A stretch of 62,483 bases of DNA from Candidatus Woesearchaeota archaeon (GTDB lineage: Archaea > Nanobdellota > Nanobdellia > Woesearchaeales > JAHWHD01). Below are positions 1-9,111 of this stretch, piece after piece. The stretch is from positions 1-62,483 of the forward strand of contig JAHWHD010000066.1 in the NCBI GenBank assembly GCA_019323525.1, in the 5' to 3' direction. The notes under the pieces are model-generated. The model had not been told where the DNA came from. It saw nothing but the letters and a program-made list of their open reading frames with translations, and did not search any database. Position numbers and translations under genes: made by a program. How positions within the stretch are numbered: position 1 is the first letter of the stretch; every line of letters starts with the position of its first letter.

Positions 1-214
1 GAGATTGCGCTATTGGTTGAACCAAAGAAGAGTCATCTGAAACAGGAGCGACATCTAGAACAAGCTGCTCGGAATCTATATCCACAGACTCAGTCGGAAC
101 TTCATCTAAAAGCATATTCTCTTCACTTTCCCCAATTACTCCATCACCTTGAGCAACAACCAACTGAACGCAAATCACCAACATAAAAATAACCAATAAC
201 TTTTTCATCATCAT
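1..214 (-). CDS. secreted protein, N-terminal fragment (gene runs off the left edge)
   Basis: Reverse-strand ATGs at 214/211/208 are preceded by GGTGA. They give MMMKKLLVIFMLVICVQLVVAQG..., a signal-peptide-like start. The frame stays open to position 1. The gene sits directly downstream of the 610-aa gene on the same strand. It is absent from the ORF track because it is truncated. Confidence 0.45.
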   Translation of the reverse strand, partial: MMMKKLLVIFMLVICVQLVVAQGDGVIGESEENMLLDEVPTESVDIDSEQLVLDVAPVSDDSSLVQPIAQS

Positions 215-219
215 TCACC

Positions 220-2052
220 TCATCTATAATTGCCATATATGACCTGGACATAACAGGTCGTACCATATACGGACCACTGATCCCAATACAACCTTGAACC
301 TGCAGGGATATAACTAACACCTAAAGGTCTATGAAGACTAACAGCATCACCATTTCCTCCGCCTCCCGCGCTCTGAACAAAACCATAGGTCCCGCCTACG
401 ATATAATGAATCCCTGAGTCATAGTTCAAATCATAGAGAGCAGAGCCATACTGCTGACCACTATGCGAACCTGTAGTTGTCATGAAAGTCCAAGGAAAAG
501 TTCCATAATTATTGACACCAAGACTAAAATAATTAGGAACAAATGCAAGACAATAGGAGCCACCATAACTTGAAGCTCCATAAACCCGCATACCTAAAAC
601 AGGCCTGTTGGCGTCAAGCACTACAGAGTTTCTATAGTAACCTCCGCCTATGCCTAAAGCAGCAACAGTAGTTAGAGGAAAGCCTCCTGTGGAATGACCC
701 TCTGCAATTCCTTGCACACCAGACCAATCATTCTTACAAACACCACCTATACAAACTTTTCCACCTAGTACAGTACCGCCAGCATATTCTCCAGCATAGT
801 TAATATAGAGTGTATCTCCGCTTTCTTCATTTACACCAAGAATAGCTAGATTTCTATCATCACCACTTGCAGTAGATGCACCACCTTGTAGCCATAAATC
901 ATAATTTGTTCCATCATATTTGTTTCTTATTGGTCCACGCACATCCAATTTTTGTGTCGGCGTACTTGTCCCAACACCAACATTACCAGTAACACCAGAA
1001 TACATGTCACTTCCAGAGATTATCCAGTCAGTATCCGCGCCGCCACCAGCACCCCCAATTAAAGGCACCCAATAAATAATCGAACTAGCAGTCAACTCAC
1101 TTGGTTGAACATTGCCAACAACTTTCCAGTATTCTCCAGCTTTGACAGGCATTGTTATACTCCCATGATAATTCCAAGCAGAATTCTGTACATAAGTCCC
1201 AGCCTCTCTAGCCCTGATTGTAGTAGGATTACTATTTGAATCAGCATAACCTATCACAAATAAATTTGAATTTTGTGTAGTCGGAACCTGAAATGTAGCA
1301 ACTACAAACCCGTCAGTCGCAGCCTGATAAATAGTATCTGGACTTCTAGCCTCAATAGTACCAAAACCTCCACCAGCACCACCTTCATCTTCAGCGCACA
1401 CCCAACTTGATGTATCCATATCATACTTCAAAACCTGTCCGTCTGCGCATGTCGGAAGAGCAGCACCGGCACCCTCGCCGCAGATTATTAAGTACTGTGC
1501 TGAGCCATACCTGATTTGTAGGCCGTTTATTGAGTTGTGTGAAAAGCAAGTGACCACCCTTCCCTGTCCCACATCAGGCGGAGGATTAAAATCTGTGCTC
1601 ACAGCAGGTGATGACCAACAATGGGTACTTGTCCTGTAGTCTATGCCGGCTCCGTGGTTTGCTGCAGCGACTATCCATTTACACTGGGATTCATCTGTAA
1701 CACCCGCTGGAAGAGGTATTGTTCCTCCATGAGGAACTATTCCAGATTCGATGATCAATCCTGAGCCAGCTCCGCCAGTATCATCACCACAAATCCAAGT
1801 TCCTGAAACAGAATCGTACTTAACAACTTGTCCATCAATACATGTTGGTAAAACAGTTCCTGTCGGCCATGTACCTATACAATCACCATTCAAACACAGC
1901 ACGTCATTGACACTTACAGTATCGGCCGTCTTCCCTCTTAACTCATCTACATACAAAGTAGTATGCGAAGGCTGGTCAGCAGTGTAACCAGTTGCAGCTA
2001 CATACGCTGCCATAAGTATTAGCAAAACAAATATCACAAACATTTTTTTCAT
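220..2052 (-). CDS. secreted Gly/Cys-rich modular surface protein, tail-fibre-like (function unknown)
   Basis: The 610-aa ORF has an N-terminal signal peptide (MKKMFVIFVLLILMAAYVAA). A Cys-bracketed motif LPTCxDGQVxKYDxxxxxWxCxxDxGGAG occurs twice. Three GGAGxG hinges are present. The segment NVGVGTSTPTQKLDVRG resembles a motif I recall from phage tail-fibre/endosialidase-chaperone-type proteins. The start abuts the stop of the upstream pilin-like gene. Confidence 0.7.
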   Translation of the reverse strand: MKKMFVIFVLLILMAAYVAATGYTADQPSHTTLYVDELRGKTADTVSVNDVLCLNGDCIGTWPTGTVLPTCIDGQVVKYDSVSGTWICGDDTGGAGSGLIIESGIVPHGGTIPLPAGVTDESQCKWIVAAANHGAGIDYRTSTHCWSSPAVSTDFNPPPDVGQGRVVTCFSHNSINGLQIRYGSAQYLIICGEGAGAALPTCADGQVLKYDMDTSSWVCAEDEGGAGGGFGTIEARSPDTIYQAATDGFVVATFQVPTTQNSNLFVIGYADSNSNPTTIRAREAGTYVQNSAWNYHGSITMPVKAGEYWKVVGNVQPSELTASSIIYWVPLIGGAGGGADTDWIISGSDMYSGVTGNVGVGTSTPTQKLDVRGPIRNKYDGTNYDLWLQGGASTASGDDRNLAILGVNEESGDTLYINYAGEYAGGTVLGGKVCIGGVCKNDWSGVQGIAEGHSTGGFPLTTVAALGIGGGYYRNSVVLDANRPVLGMRVYGASSYGGSYCLAFVPNYFSLGVNNYGTFPWTFMTTTGSHSGQQYGSALYDLNYDSGIHYIVGGTYGFVQSAGGGGNGDAVSLHRPLGVSYIPAGSRLYWDQWSVYGTTCYVQVIYGNYR

Positions 2053-2448
2053 TTAATCCACCTCTTGTCCGCAGTTAAATCCTGAAATTTTAACATCATC
2101 AGACCCCGAACCTATCGAGATCTTATCTCCAAACTGGTAAACCTGGTTATGCAGGTCTACTAAGAAGATACAAAAATCGCTTTTAACACCTAACTGGCTC
2201 TTAATAACTTGGTAATCCTGCTGCCCAAGGTCTTGTAACTTAGAAGTGTCTATCTCATTAGTACCTTGTAACCTGACACCAGTCGTGCCTGTGACTGACC
2301 GGGATATTGCTCTGCCCTCTGTAACAAGGTTCTGCAAAGGCAGACCAGTCTCTGAGTAATAAAGAAACACAACAACCCCTACAAATGCGAGTAAAAAAAT
2401 CGTGATACCTATCAACAAGTCCCATGTAAAAACCTGTGCTTTATCCAT
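2053..2448 (-). CDS. pilin-like protein (atypical class III signal peptide)
   Basis: The N-terminus MDKAQVFTWDLLIGITIFLLAFVGVV has a short charged leader, then Q and a hydrophobic helix. It overlaps the upstream pilin-like gene by 8 nt (ATGGATAA). Confidence 0.5.
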   Translation of the reverse strand: MDKAQVFTWDLLIGITIFLLAFVGVVVFLYYSETGLPLQNLVTEGRAISRSVTGTTGVRLQGTNEIDTSKLQDLGQQDYQVIKSQLGVKSDFCIFLVDLHNQVYQFGDKISIGSGSDDVKISGFNCGQEVD

Positions 2449-2854
2449 TTGTCACAAAAATCTCTCCATTCCTTTTCTCGATAATGTTAGGACCCTTGGC
2501 AAAGTCTCCATTTATATCATAGTAAAGATTAACAACATGTTGTATATTAGTGCCTTCTAAGTTTATTGTGACTAGAGTAATACCTCCAAGCTGCTCTCTC
2601 TGAGTCTGTAGAGAGTAATCAAAACCAGCAAATATATACGGAATTGTAAAGTTTCTTGAATAGCCATCTTCAACATACGCAGCAGTTGAAACTTCTGCTG
2701 ACAAGAAATCGTCAAAAGACTCAAGCGCGACCCTCAGGTTCTCTTCATTCTTCTCAGCAGTCCTCTGCGTAACAAGTATCATGAACACAGCAAATATAAG
2801 TAGCAGTATCGACAAACCCAGTGCAAATTCCACAGCAGCCTGACCCTTTTTCAT
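2441..2854 (-). CDS. archaeal type IV pilin-like protein (class III signal peptide)
   Basis: The N-terminus MKKGQAAVEFALGLSILLLIFAVFMILV carries a KG/Q prepilin-peptidase-type site and a TadE/DUF361-like AAVEF helix. It overlaps the upstream gene by 4 nt. Confidence 0.65.
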   Translation of the reverse strand: MKKGQAAVEFALGLSILLLIFAVFMILVTQRTAEKNEENLRVALESFDDFLSAEVSTAAYVEDGYSRNFTIPYIFAGFDYSLQTQREQLGGITLVTINLEGTNIQHVVNLYYDINGDFAKGPNIIEKRNGEIFVTNG

Positions 2855-3273
2855 GTTATTGATATGTTGACATACGGACCTATGTTTTCAATCCTCACAT
2901 TCTTAATACCTTGACTATAATCCTCAGGAGAAAATTCTCCTCTAAGCATGACATCTGAAGCAAAAAGCAGTTCACTCCCTTGAACATCAATCTCTAAATA
3001 ATGAAGTTTAAGATTTACAGGATCACTATAAGCAGCCATGCCATCAACACCGTCAGGAAAGTTAAGCTCTAGCGTAATCCTAGAAAGCTGTCCAAGATTA
3101 TGAACATTCTTTGCAGTGTTTACAATATCAAACCCAATCTTGTCAACAGCAGCAAGACTTACCTCAGTCTTGGATTCCTGTAAACTCACATAAGCATAAT
3201 ACGTTATTGGAAGAATTATAACTAACGCAAATCCTACTACTAACAAGTATTCAAACGAAAATTGTCCCCTCAT
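2851..3273 (-). CDS. archaeal type IV pilin-like protein (class III signal peptide)
   Basis: The N-terminus is MRGQFSFEYLLVVGFALVIILPI, an RG/Q site followed by a hydrophobic helix. Confidence 0.65.
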   Translation of the reverse strand: MRGQFSFEYLLVVGFALVIILPITYYAYVSLQESKTEVSLAAVDKIGFDIVNTAKNVHNLGQLSRITLELNFPDGVDGMAAYSDPVNLKLHYLEIDVQGSELLFASDVMLRGEFSPEDYSQGIKNVRIENIGPYVNISIT

Positions 3274-3319
3274 TTAACGTCCTGAAAATAATTTAAAAAA
3301 AATATTAAAAAAATTAAAT

Positions 3320-3808
3320 CTATGGCGCATATGGACCCGTAATAGTCAACTCACCTAAAGCGTCCTTGCTAATTGTTCCGCCTGTGAACTGATAGTTAAC
3401 CCTTACATCCATTCTGTATTTCTGACCAGGTGTTAAAGCAATGTTTGCACCACCAGGAGCAGCCACACAGTTTGCATTAAGCACACCAGTAGCTCCATTT
3501 GCGATGTTAGGAACACCAGCTGCACTTACACATTGTATTGCACTATCTCTATCATCGATGATAAGACTAGTAACATCAATGCTTCTTCCCTGGCTATTTA
3601 GTACCTCAATTTGCAAAATGGTAGGGGTACCGTATGTCGCTCCAAAATCCCTACAACTCAGAGAAGATGGCAGAACGCACCTGTCAGGTACAAGTCTTGT
3701 CACATCAAATACTCCAAAAGCTGCTAAAGCGCCGATAACTATGATAACTATCAGAATAACCCAACCATAGGTCATCAAGAACTCTAGAGCTGCTTGACCT
3801 CTTTTCAT
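3320..3808 (-). CDS. archaeal type IV pilin-like protein (class III signal peptide), probable major subunit
   Basis: The N-terminus is MKRGQAALEFLMTYGWVILIVIIVIGALAAF. It is the first gene of the operon and the rest of the protein looks beta-rich. Confidence 0.7.
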   Translation of the reverse strand: MKRGQAALEFLMTYGWVILIVIIVIGALAAFGVFDVTRLVPDRCVLPSSLSCRDFGATYGTPTILQIEVLNSQGRSIDVTSLIIDDRDSAIQCVSAAGVPNIANGATGVLNANCVAAPGGANIALTPGQKYRMDVRVNYQFTGGTISKDALGELTITGPYAP

Positions 3809-3897
3809 TAATATCTACCTCCTTTTTTAAAAATTTTGTTCAATATATATAGATTTAAATACAATTCTGTGTTTTCTATTTATAAACGTTTCTATAT

Positions 3898-4992
3898 TTA
3901 TTCGTGAGAAACAGTAATAAGCCGAGATTTATTATCAACCTTAAACATCTTACCCAAAAACTGCTCAACTGTATATATGTTTGTCAAGCAATGATTCGAC
4001 ACTTTCGCGAGCTTCATCTTGCCTCCAAACACAAGCCAAGGGATCAGGTTATCTGCAAGGTACTCATCAACAGGTGCTTTATAGTTCATCTCGTTCATCA
4101 ACCGCTCAGCAGCCTCCTTCCCCACAATCTCTGCTTTCTTCCCCTTTTCACCCAGACTATCAGCCCCAATCCTAATAGGGTTCAAGTGATTAACATCCTC
4201 ATTCTTAGAAAAGACTCCCCAGAGAGTTATTCCGCAACCATCAGACATTGTATCCTGGTACTCTGTCCTGATCTTAACAGGAATACCTAACTTAATCAAA
4301 GCATGCTTTGCAGCCCTTGCCATCCTTTCAGCCACTTCAGCCTTTTGCAGACCAGAAGAAGCATGCGCAACACCTTTGACCAAGCTAAGCTTACCCTGCT
4401 CAATTAAATTGATATCAGGAACATTCCTTGAAACATCGCCTATGAACTCTGCATAATTATCATAATTATAAATCTTATACTCTGGTTTTACAGTGATATC
4501 AACCAAGCCGTTACCTTTAGGATAATACCCTCTTTTCAAGAGCTTGACATCAATAGACTTGCAGAACTTAGCCAGGTGCGGTACAAGTATCTCATTAAAA
4601 TAATCAAACGGCATTGACCATGCAACATCAGTGCCGCCTTTGATCTTCAACCTAATCTTTTTATCAGAAAAAAAACAAGGAAACAGTAAAGACTGTAAAA
4701 GTAACGTGATTGAGCCAGCAGTTCCAATATCAATGCTCAATGTCTGCGGCTTTATCCTGCCAGGTTCATACCGCAACACGCAAGAGCCAAGTTCAGCACC
4801 GTCAACTTTAGCACCGCACAGCTCCTGAAGCGCAGTTATACATGTAAGATGCTGCGGTTTCAATCCAGCTTTACAGCGACCTTTCCTGATATCAACTATC
4901 TCGAAAGGTTCTCCAAACAAAGTCGATAAAGCTAGAGCAGTCCTTGCAATCTGACCTCCTCCTTCTCCGTAATTACCGTCAAGTTTTATCAT
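3898..4992 (-). CDS. rtcA: RNA 3'-terminal phosphate cyclase
   Basis: The 364-aa protein starts MIKLDGNYGEGGGQIARTALALSTLFGEPFEIVDIRKGRCKAGLKPQHL, the characteristic RtcA N-terminus. The length is typical. Confidence 0.85.
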   Translation of the reverse strand: MIKLDGNYGEGGGQIARTALALSTLFGEPFEIVDIRKGRCKAGLKPQHLTCITALQELCGAKVDGAELGSCVLRYEPGRIKPQTLSIDIGTAGSITLLLQSLLFPCFFSDKKIRLKIKGGTDVAWSMPFDYFNEILVPHLAKFCKSIDVKLLKRGYYPKGNGLVDITVKPEYKIYNYDNYAEFIGDVSRNVPDINLIEQGKLSLVKGVAHASSGLQKAEVAERMARAAKHALIKLGIPVKIRTEYQDTMSDGCGITLWGVFSKNEDVNHLNPIRIGADSLGEKGKKAEIVGKEAAERLMNEMNYKAPVDEYLADNLIPWLVFGGKMKLAKVSNHCLTNIYTVEQFLGKMFKVDNKSRLITVSHE

Positions 4993-5043
4993 GATAACTA
5001 GAAAATGCCAAGTCTTTTTAATACTTTATATTTTAGAAAAAAA

Positions 5044-5841
5044 TTAGACTGCGTACTTCAAAGCTATTTCATGTACCTTTCTAGCACCTTCATAATATAA
5101 CGGATCATTCTCTCTTACTATAGCACCACAAGCAAAAGGACACTCGATCATCGTCTGTGAACCATCCAGATCTGTTATACCCTTAAGTATAGCCGAAGGT
5201 ATCTCCTCTACTGGCGTTACTTTAGGAAAGTCAGTCACATACCAAAAATCAGAGACTAACCCTTTACTCGCGTACAATGAAGCAATCCTATGGCTCCTGT
5301 AACCATGGTCTGCAGCTATCCAGATATGATTAGGTTCCCTTTCTAACGGACTTGCATCGATTTTAACATCTTCAGCGAGTTGAATTCCGTTTAGTTCATT
5401 AATAAAATCTTCAACAGCTTCAGGATCTATGTTTACATCTCCAAGGTATTCCCTACCCGCAACCTCCTCAGCCTTTTCCAGCTTAGCGAAACTACGCCTC
5501 CTGAAAAACTCTCCGAGTAATATAGAAACTGCAGCAATGCCTGCACAAGTTGGTGATGAAGTGAAATAAGCCTGCGCTCCAAAAAATAAAGCGCTCGTGT
5601 AACCTGCCAAACCATATTTATGGGAGTTAGCAGCAGCAACAGTAAAATGCTCAACACTATCAGCCCTATCTTTAAGTCGTTTGGTTTCAGCTAATTTAGC
5701 TAACAGGTCAGGATCCTTCTTAAGCATCTCCTCAAGTTCACAATTTGCAACTATAAGTGCGCGCTGTGCACCAGAAGCATTAATCTTTGCTGTTCTTTGC
5801 TCTTCTGAATTTCCGAATAAAGAATGTATAAATTGCATCAT
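5044..5841 (-). CDS. hypothetical protein
   Basis: The 265-aa ORF is preceded by GAGGTGA. A central hydrophobic stretch (GLAGYTSALFFGAQAYFTSSPTCAGIAAVSILLGEFF) is present. I recognise no family. Confidence 0.5.
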   Translation of the reverse strand: MMQFIHSLFGNSEEQRTAKINASGAQRALIVANCELEEMLKKDPDLLAKLAETKRLKDRADSVEHFTVAAANSHKYGLAGYTSALFFGAQAYFTSSPTCAGIAAVSILLGEFFRRRSFAKLEKAEEVAGREYLGDVNIDPEAVEDFINELNGIQLAEDVKIDASPLEREPNHIWIAADHGYRSHRIASLYASKGLVSDFWYVTDFPKVTPVEEIPSAILKGITDLDGSQTMIECPFACGAIVRENDPLYYEGARKVHEIALKYAV

Positions 5842-5919
5842 CGAATTTCACCTCATATAGAAATTAATCGCCATTGTTCTTAAATACATTGCTAGTGTCA
5901 AAAATATATTTTATAATCG

Positions 5920-7026
5920 TTATTCGTTATATTGTACCTTATTATCCTTCAGCCCATGGCCAGAAATAACACAAACAACATCTCCTTTAAGACCTAACTT
6001 CTTAGCACCTGCAAAACTAACAGCACCAGATGGCTCAGCAAAAATCCCTTTCTTTCCAAGTTCCTTACGAGAATCCAATATCTCTTTGTCACTCACATCA
6101 ACAGCCAAACCTCTTGACTTTTTAAGACCATAAAGAGCTTTAACACCATCCACAGGATTACCGCATGCTATAGCAGACGCAACTGTTGACGGATTTTTTA
6201 TTGATTTTAATCCTGTTTTAGAGTTAAAGGCTTTCACAATCGGATTGCACTTCTTAGCCTGCACAGCGACTATCTTAGGAATTCTCTTAATCAGACCAAC
6301 AGCCTTGAACTCGCTCACAGCTTTGAACACAGAATAAATCAAAGTAGCATTCCCGACAGGACAAACAATGTAGTCTGGAACCTCCCAATTCAACTGGTCA
6401 ATGATTTCATAACCAACAGACTTCTCCCCCTCACCTCGATAAGGATAATCTCCTGTCAAGTAAACACCCCTATCCTTTCTCAACTCTTTTGTCATGCCAA
6501 GAGCTTTATCATAATCACCTTTAACATTAACGACCTTAGCACCATGCGCTTTTATCTGCAATATCTTTTCCTTTGCAGCAATTGTAGGAACATATATTGA
6601 ACATCCCATCCCAGCACGAGCAGCATACGCAGCAACTGAAGCGCCCATGTTACCAGTTGAAGCACATACTACAGATTTAACACGAAACTCCCTTGCCTTA
6701 GTGATCTCCACAGTTGAACCTCTATCCTTAAAAGATCCTGTAGGGTTAACTCCCTCATATTTGAACCAGTACCCTGACTTTATCAGAGGAGTCCCCCCTT
6801 CATGAAAAGAAACTATCTTGTGAAAATCCTTGATTGGATAGAACGGAAGATACTTCCAATGATGTATTGCTCCTTCAAAAAAACCTTCAGGTATTAGCTG
6901 CTTCTTTATGAGCTTATAATCATAAACTATATCCAGAGGACCATGACATTTATCACACTCAAAAATAATCGTGTTAGGAGAAAACTCGCGTTTACAGCTA
7001 AAACACACTATCTTCTTAACTATCAT
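5920..7026 (-). CDS. thrC: threonine synthase (PLP-dependent, N-terminal Zn-ribbon)
   Basis: An N-terminal CxxC...CxxC ribbon, the SFKDRGS PLP-lysine motif and GNMGAS are present. The protein is 368 aa. Its start overlaps the acdB stop (ATGA). Confidence 0.8.
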   Translation of the reverse strand: MIVKKIVCFSCKREFSPNTIIFECDKCHGPLDIVYDYKLIKKQLIPEGFFEGAIHHWKYLPFYPIKDFHKIVSFHEGGTPLIKSGYWFKYEGVNPTGSFKDRGSTVEITKAREFRVKSVVCASTGNMGASVAAYAARAGMGCSIYVPTIAAKEKILQIKAHGAKVVNVKGDYDKALGMTKELRKDRGVYLTGDYPYRGEGEKSVGYEIIDQLNWEVPDYIVCPVGNATLIYSVFKAVSEFKAVGLIKRIPKIVAVQAKKCNPIVKAFNSKTGLKSIKNPSTVASAIACGNPVDGVKALYGLKKSRGLAVDVSDKEILDSRKELGKKGIFAEPSGAVSFAGAKKLGLKGDVVCVISGHGLKDNKVQYNE

Positions 7027-7649
7027 CTTACAAGCCTTACATCCACAGCCTTTCCCTCTTTAGAATTTATCATGAAAGGGTTAATGTCAAGCTCTTCAAC
7101 ACCCGTAATTTTGGAAACTCCGACAAGAGCGGCCTTAAGAATATCTAAATTAACAGGTTTTTCTCCTCTGAAACCCTCTAATAACTTTTTACCTTTCAAG
7201 TCATCTATCATATCTTGAGCATCATCTTGGCTGATAGGACAAACCCTGAAAGAAACATCTTTCAAGAGCTCGACAAATATGCCTCCAAGTCCGAACATTA
7301 TAACCTGTCCAAATGTAGGGTCTTTCTTAAGACCGATTATAACCTCTTTACCTTCGACAAACTCCTGAACAAGTATACCGTCAAGCCTTAGCTTCTTTCG
7401 TCTGGCAAGCTGAAGTAGATCATTAAAATTCTTCTGTAGCTCAAGATAGTTCTTCACAACCCTAACACCCTTAATCTCAGTCTTGTGCACAGCCTGCTTT
7501 GAAATGATTTTAAGGACAACATGATGTTTATACCTCTTAGCAAACCGTTCTGCTTCAGCTAGCTTTTTAACCATCACAGAATCAGCTACCTTGACATACC
7601 TTTTAACAAAATCATAGGCATCCTTGCCTAATAACACCCCTTTTTTCAT
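7023..7649 (-). CDS. acdB: acetyl-CoA synthetase (ADP-forming), beta subunit (ATP-grasp)
   Basis: The 208-aa ATP-grasp_5-like sequence contains VVLKIISKQAVHKTEIKGV and QEFVEGKEVIIGLKKDPTFGQVIMFGLGGIFVE. It is divergent from the alpha subunit gene. Confidence 0.75.
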   Translation of the reverse strand: MKKGVLLGKDAYDFVKRYVKVADSVMVKKLAEAERFAKRYKHHVVLKIISKQAVHKTEIKGVRVVKNYLELQKNFNDLLQLARRKKLRLDGILVQEFVEGKEVIIGLKKDPTFGQVIMFGLGGIFVELLKDVSFRVCPISQDDAQDMIDDLKGKKLLEGFRGEKPVNLDILKAALVGVSKITGVEELDINPFMINSKEGKAVDVRLVR

Positions 7650-7698
7650 GTATAGAATTAATAATCAAGGATATATATAATTTTTGATTTTAAAAAGA

Positions 7699-7706
7699 TT
7701 TATATA
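7699..7706 (+). promoter_or_regulatory. TATA box candidate for acdA
   Basis: TTTATATA lies about 40 nt upstream of the ATG at 7743. An AGAGGTGA Shine-Dalgarno-like element sits at 7731-7738. Confidence 0.35.
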
Positions 7707-7742
7707 CCAAAAATCCCCAAACATAAGTAAAAGAGGTGAAAG

Positions 7743-9092
7743 ATGTTAGATAATTTCTTCAACGCAAAACACATTGCGATAGTTGGCGCATCAAAAGAAC
7801 CTAGCAAGATAGGCCACGTTATTTTCAGGAACTTCATAGATACAGATTATGATGGAAAAATATTTCCTGTTAATCCCAACGCAGAACTGATCCTAAACCG
7901 CAAATCTTACAAATCAGTTCTAGACATAAAAGAAAAACTTCACCTTGCAATAATTGCAGTACCTGCAAAGTTCATTCTAAAGGTAGTTGAACAATGCGGT
8001 AAAAAAAAAATAAAAGATTTGATGATAATCACTGCAGGCTTTGAAGAGGTAGGAAACTTAAAACTGAAACAGCAACTAGAAAAGCTCTTAAAAAAATACA
8101 AGATACGCGTCATTGGACCAAATTGTCTTGGAACATTTAACTCCTACAACAACTTTGATTCTATGTTCTTACCAAGGTCGCGCCTAAAAAGACCAGAACC
8201 AGGGACTATATCATTTGTAAGCCAGTCAGGAGCTCTAGGCTCTGCAATCCTTGACCTGGCCGCAAAAGAAGGTTATGGAATCTCAAAGTTCATCAGCTAT
8301 GGCAATGCAATCAACACTAACGAATCTGACATACTGGAATACCTAAGTGACGACCCAAAGACAAAAGTCATCTGCCTTTATATCGAAGGCGTCAAAGACG
8401 GAAAACGATTCTTGGAAGTCTGTAAAAAGATAAAAAAACCTATCATCGCAATCAAGGGCGGCGTCACAGAAGCAGGTTCAAAAGCAACACTTTCTCATAC
8501 AGGAAGTTTAGCAGGCTCAGCTGAAATCTATAGAGGAGTCTTCAAACAAGCAGGGATTATAGAAGCTGAATCATTAGAAGACCTGTTCAATTATGCAAGG
8601 GTCTTAGAAAAAACAATTAAACCAAAAGGAAGGAGAGTACAGATTATAACAAACGGCGGCGGTTATGGGATAGTTAGTGCTGATGCTTTAGCACGGTACA
8701 ATCTTGAAGCCGCAAAACTATCTGCTACAACAATAAAAGAATTAAAAATACATCTACCGCCAATAGCAATCATAAAAAATCCGATGGACTTGATAGGAGA
8801 CGCCGACACTGAACGTTACAAGCTTGCAATCGATGCTTGCATGAACGATAACAATATAGACATCATCTACATCGTACTTCTATACCAGACACCGCTTATC
8901 ACTCCAGACATAATAGACATTGTCTCAGAATACAACGACTTAAAGAAAAAACCGATAATAACAGTCTCAACAGGCTCAGAGTTCACAGAAGTACTAAGAA
9001 AAGGCCTTGAAGAGAACAACGTACCTTGCTTTGAGTTTCCTGATAATGCAATGAAAGCTATAGGTAAATTGGTTGAGTATTATGATGTATAA
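7743..9092 (+). CDS. acdA: acetyl-CoA synthetase (ADP-forming), alpha subunit (CoA-binding/ligase-CoA domains)
   Basis: The protein starts MLDNFFNAKHIAIVGASKEPSKIGHVIFRN. It also contains GPNCLG, VSQSGALG and a SHTGSLAG phosphohistidine loop. Length is 449 aa. Confidence 0.85.
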   Translation: MLDNFFNAKHIAIVGASKEPSKIGHVIFRNFIDTDYDGKIFPVNPNAELILNRKSYKSVLDIKEKLHLAIIAVPAKFILKVVEQCGKKKIKDLMIITAGFEEVGNLKLKQQLEKLLKKYKIRVIGPNCLGTFNSYNNFDSMFLPRSRLKRPEPGTISFVSQSGALGSAILDLAAKEGYGISKFISYGNAINTNESDILEYLSDDPKTKVICLYIEGVKDGKRFLEVCKKIKKPIIAIKGGVTEAGSKATLSHTGSLAGSAEIYRGVFKQAGIIEAESLEDLFNYARVLEKTIKPKGRRVQIITNGGGYGIVSADALARYNLEAAKLSATTIKELKIHLPPIAIIKNPMDLIGDADTERYKLAIDACMNDNNIDIIYIVLLYQTPLITPDIIDIVSEYNDLKKKPIITVSTGSEFTEVLRKGLEENNVPCFEFPDNAMKAIGKLVEYYDV

Positions 9093-9111
9093 CTTCTGAA
9101 ACTACCGCCAA

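Noticed and set aside
220-2052. Diversity-generating retroelement target gene
   Set aside because: The architecture (a surface protein with a Gly/Tyr-rich C-terminus) is reminiscent of DGR targets in ultra-small archaea. However, there is no reverse transcriptase in the window, and I saw no template-repeat copy of its 3' end.
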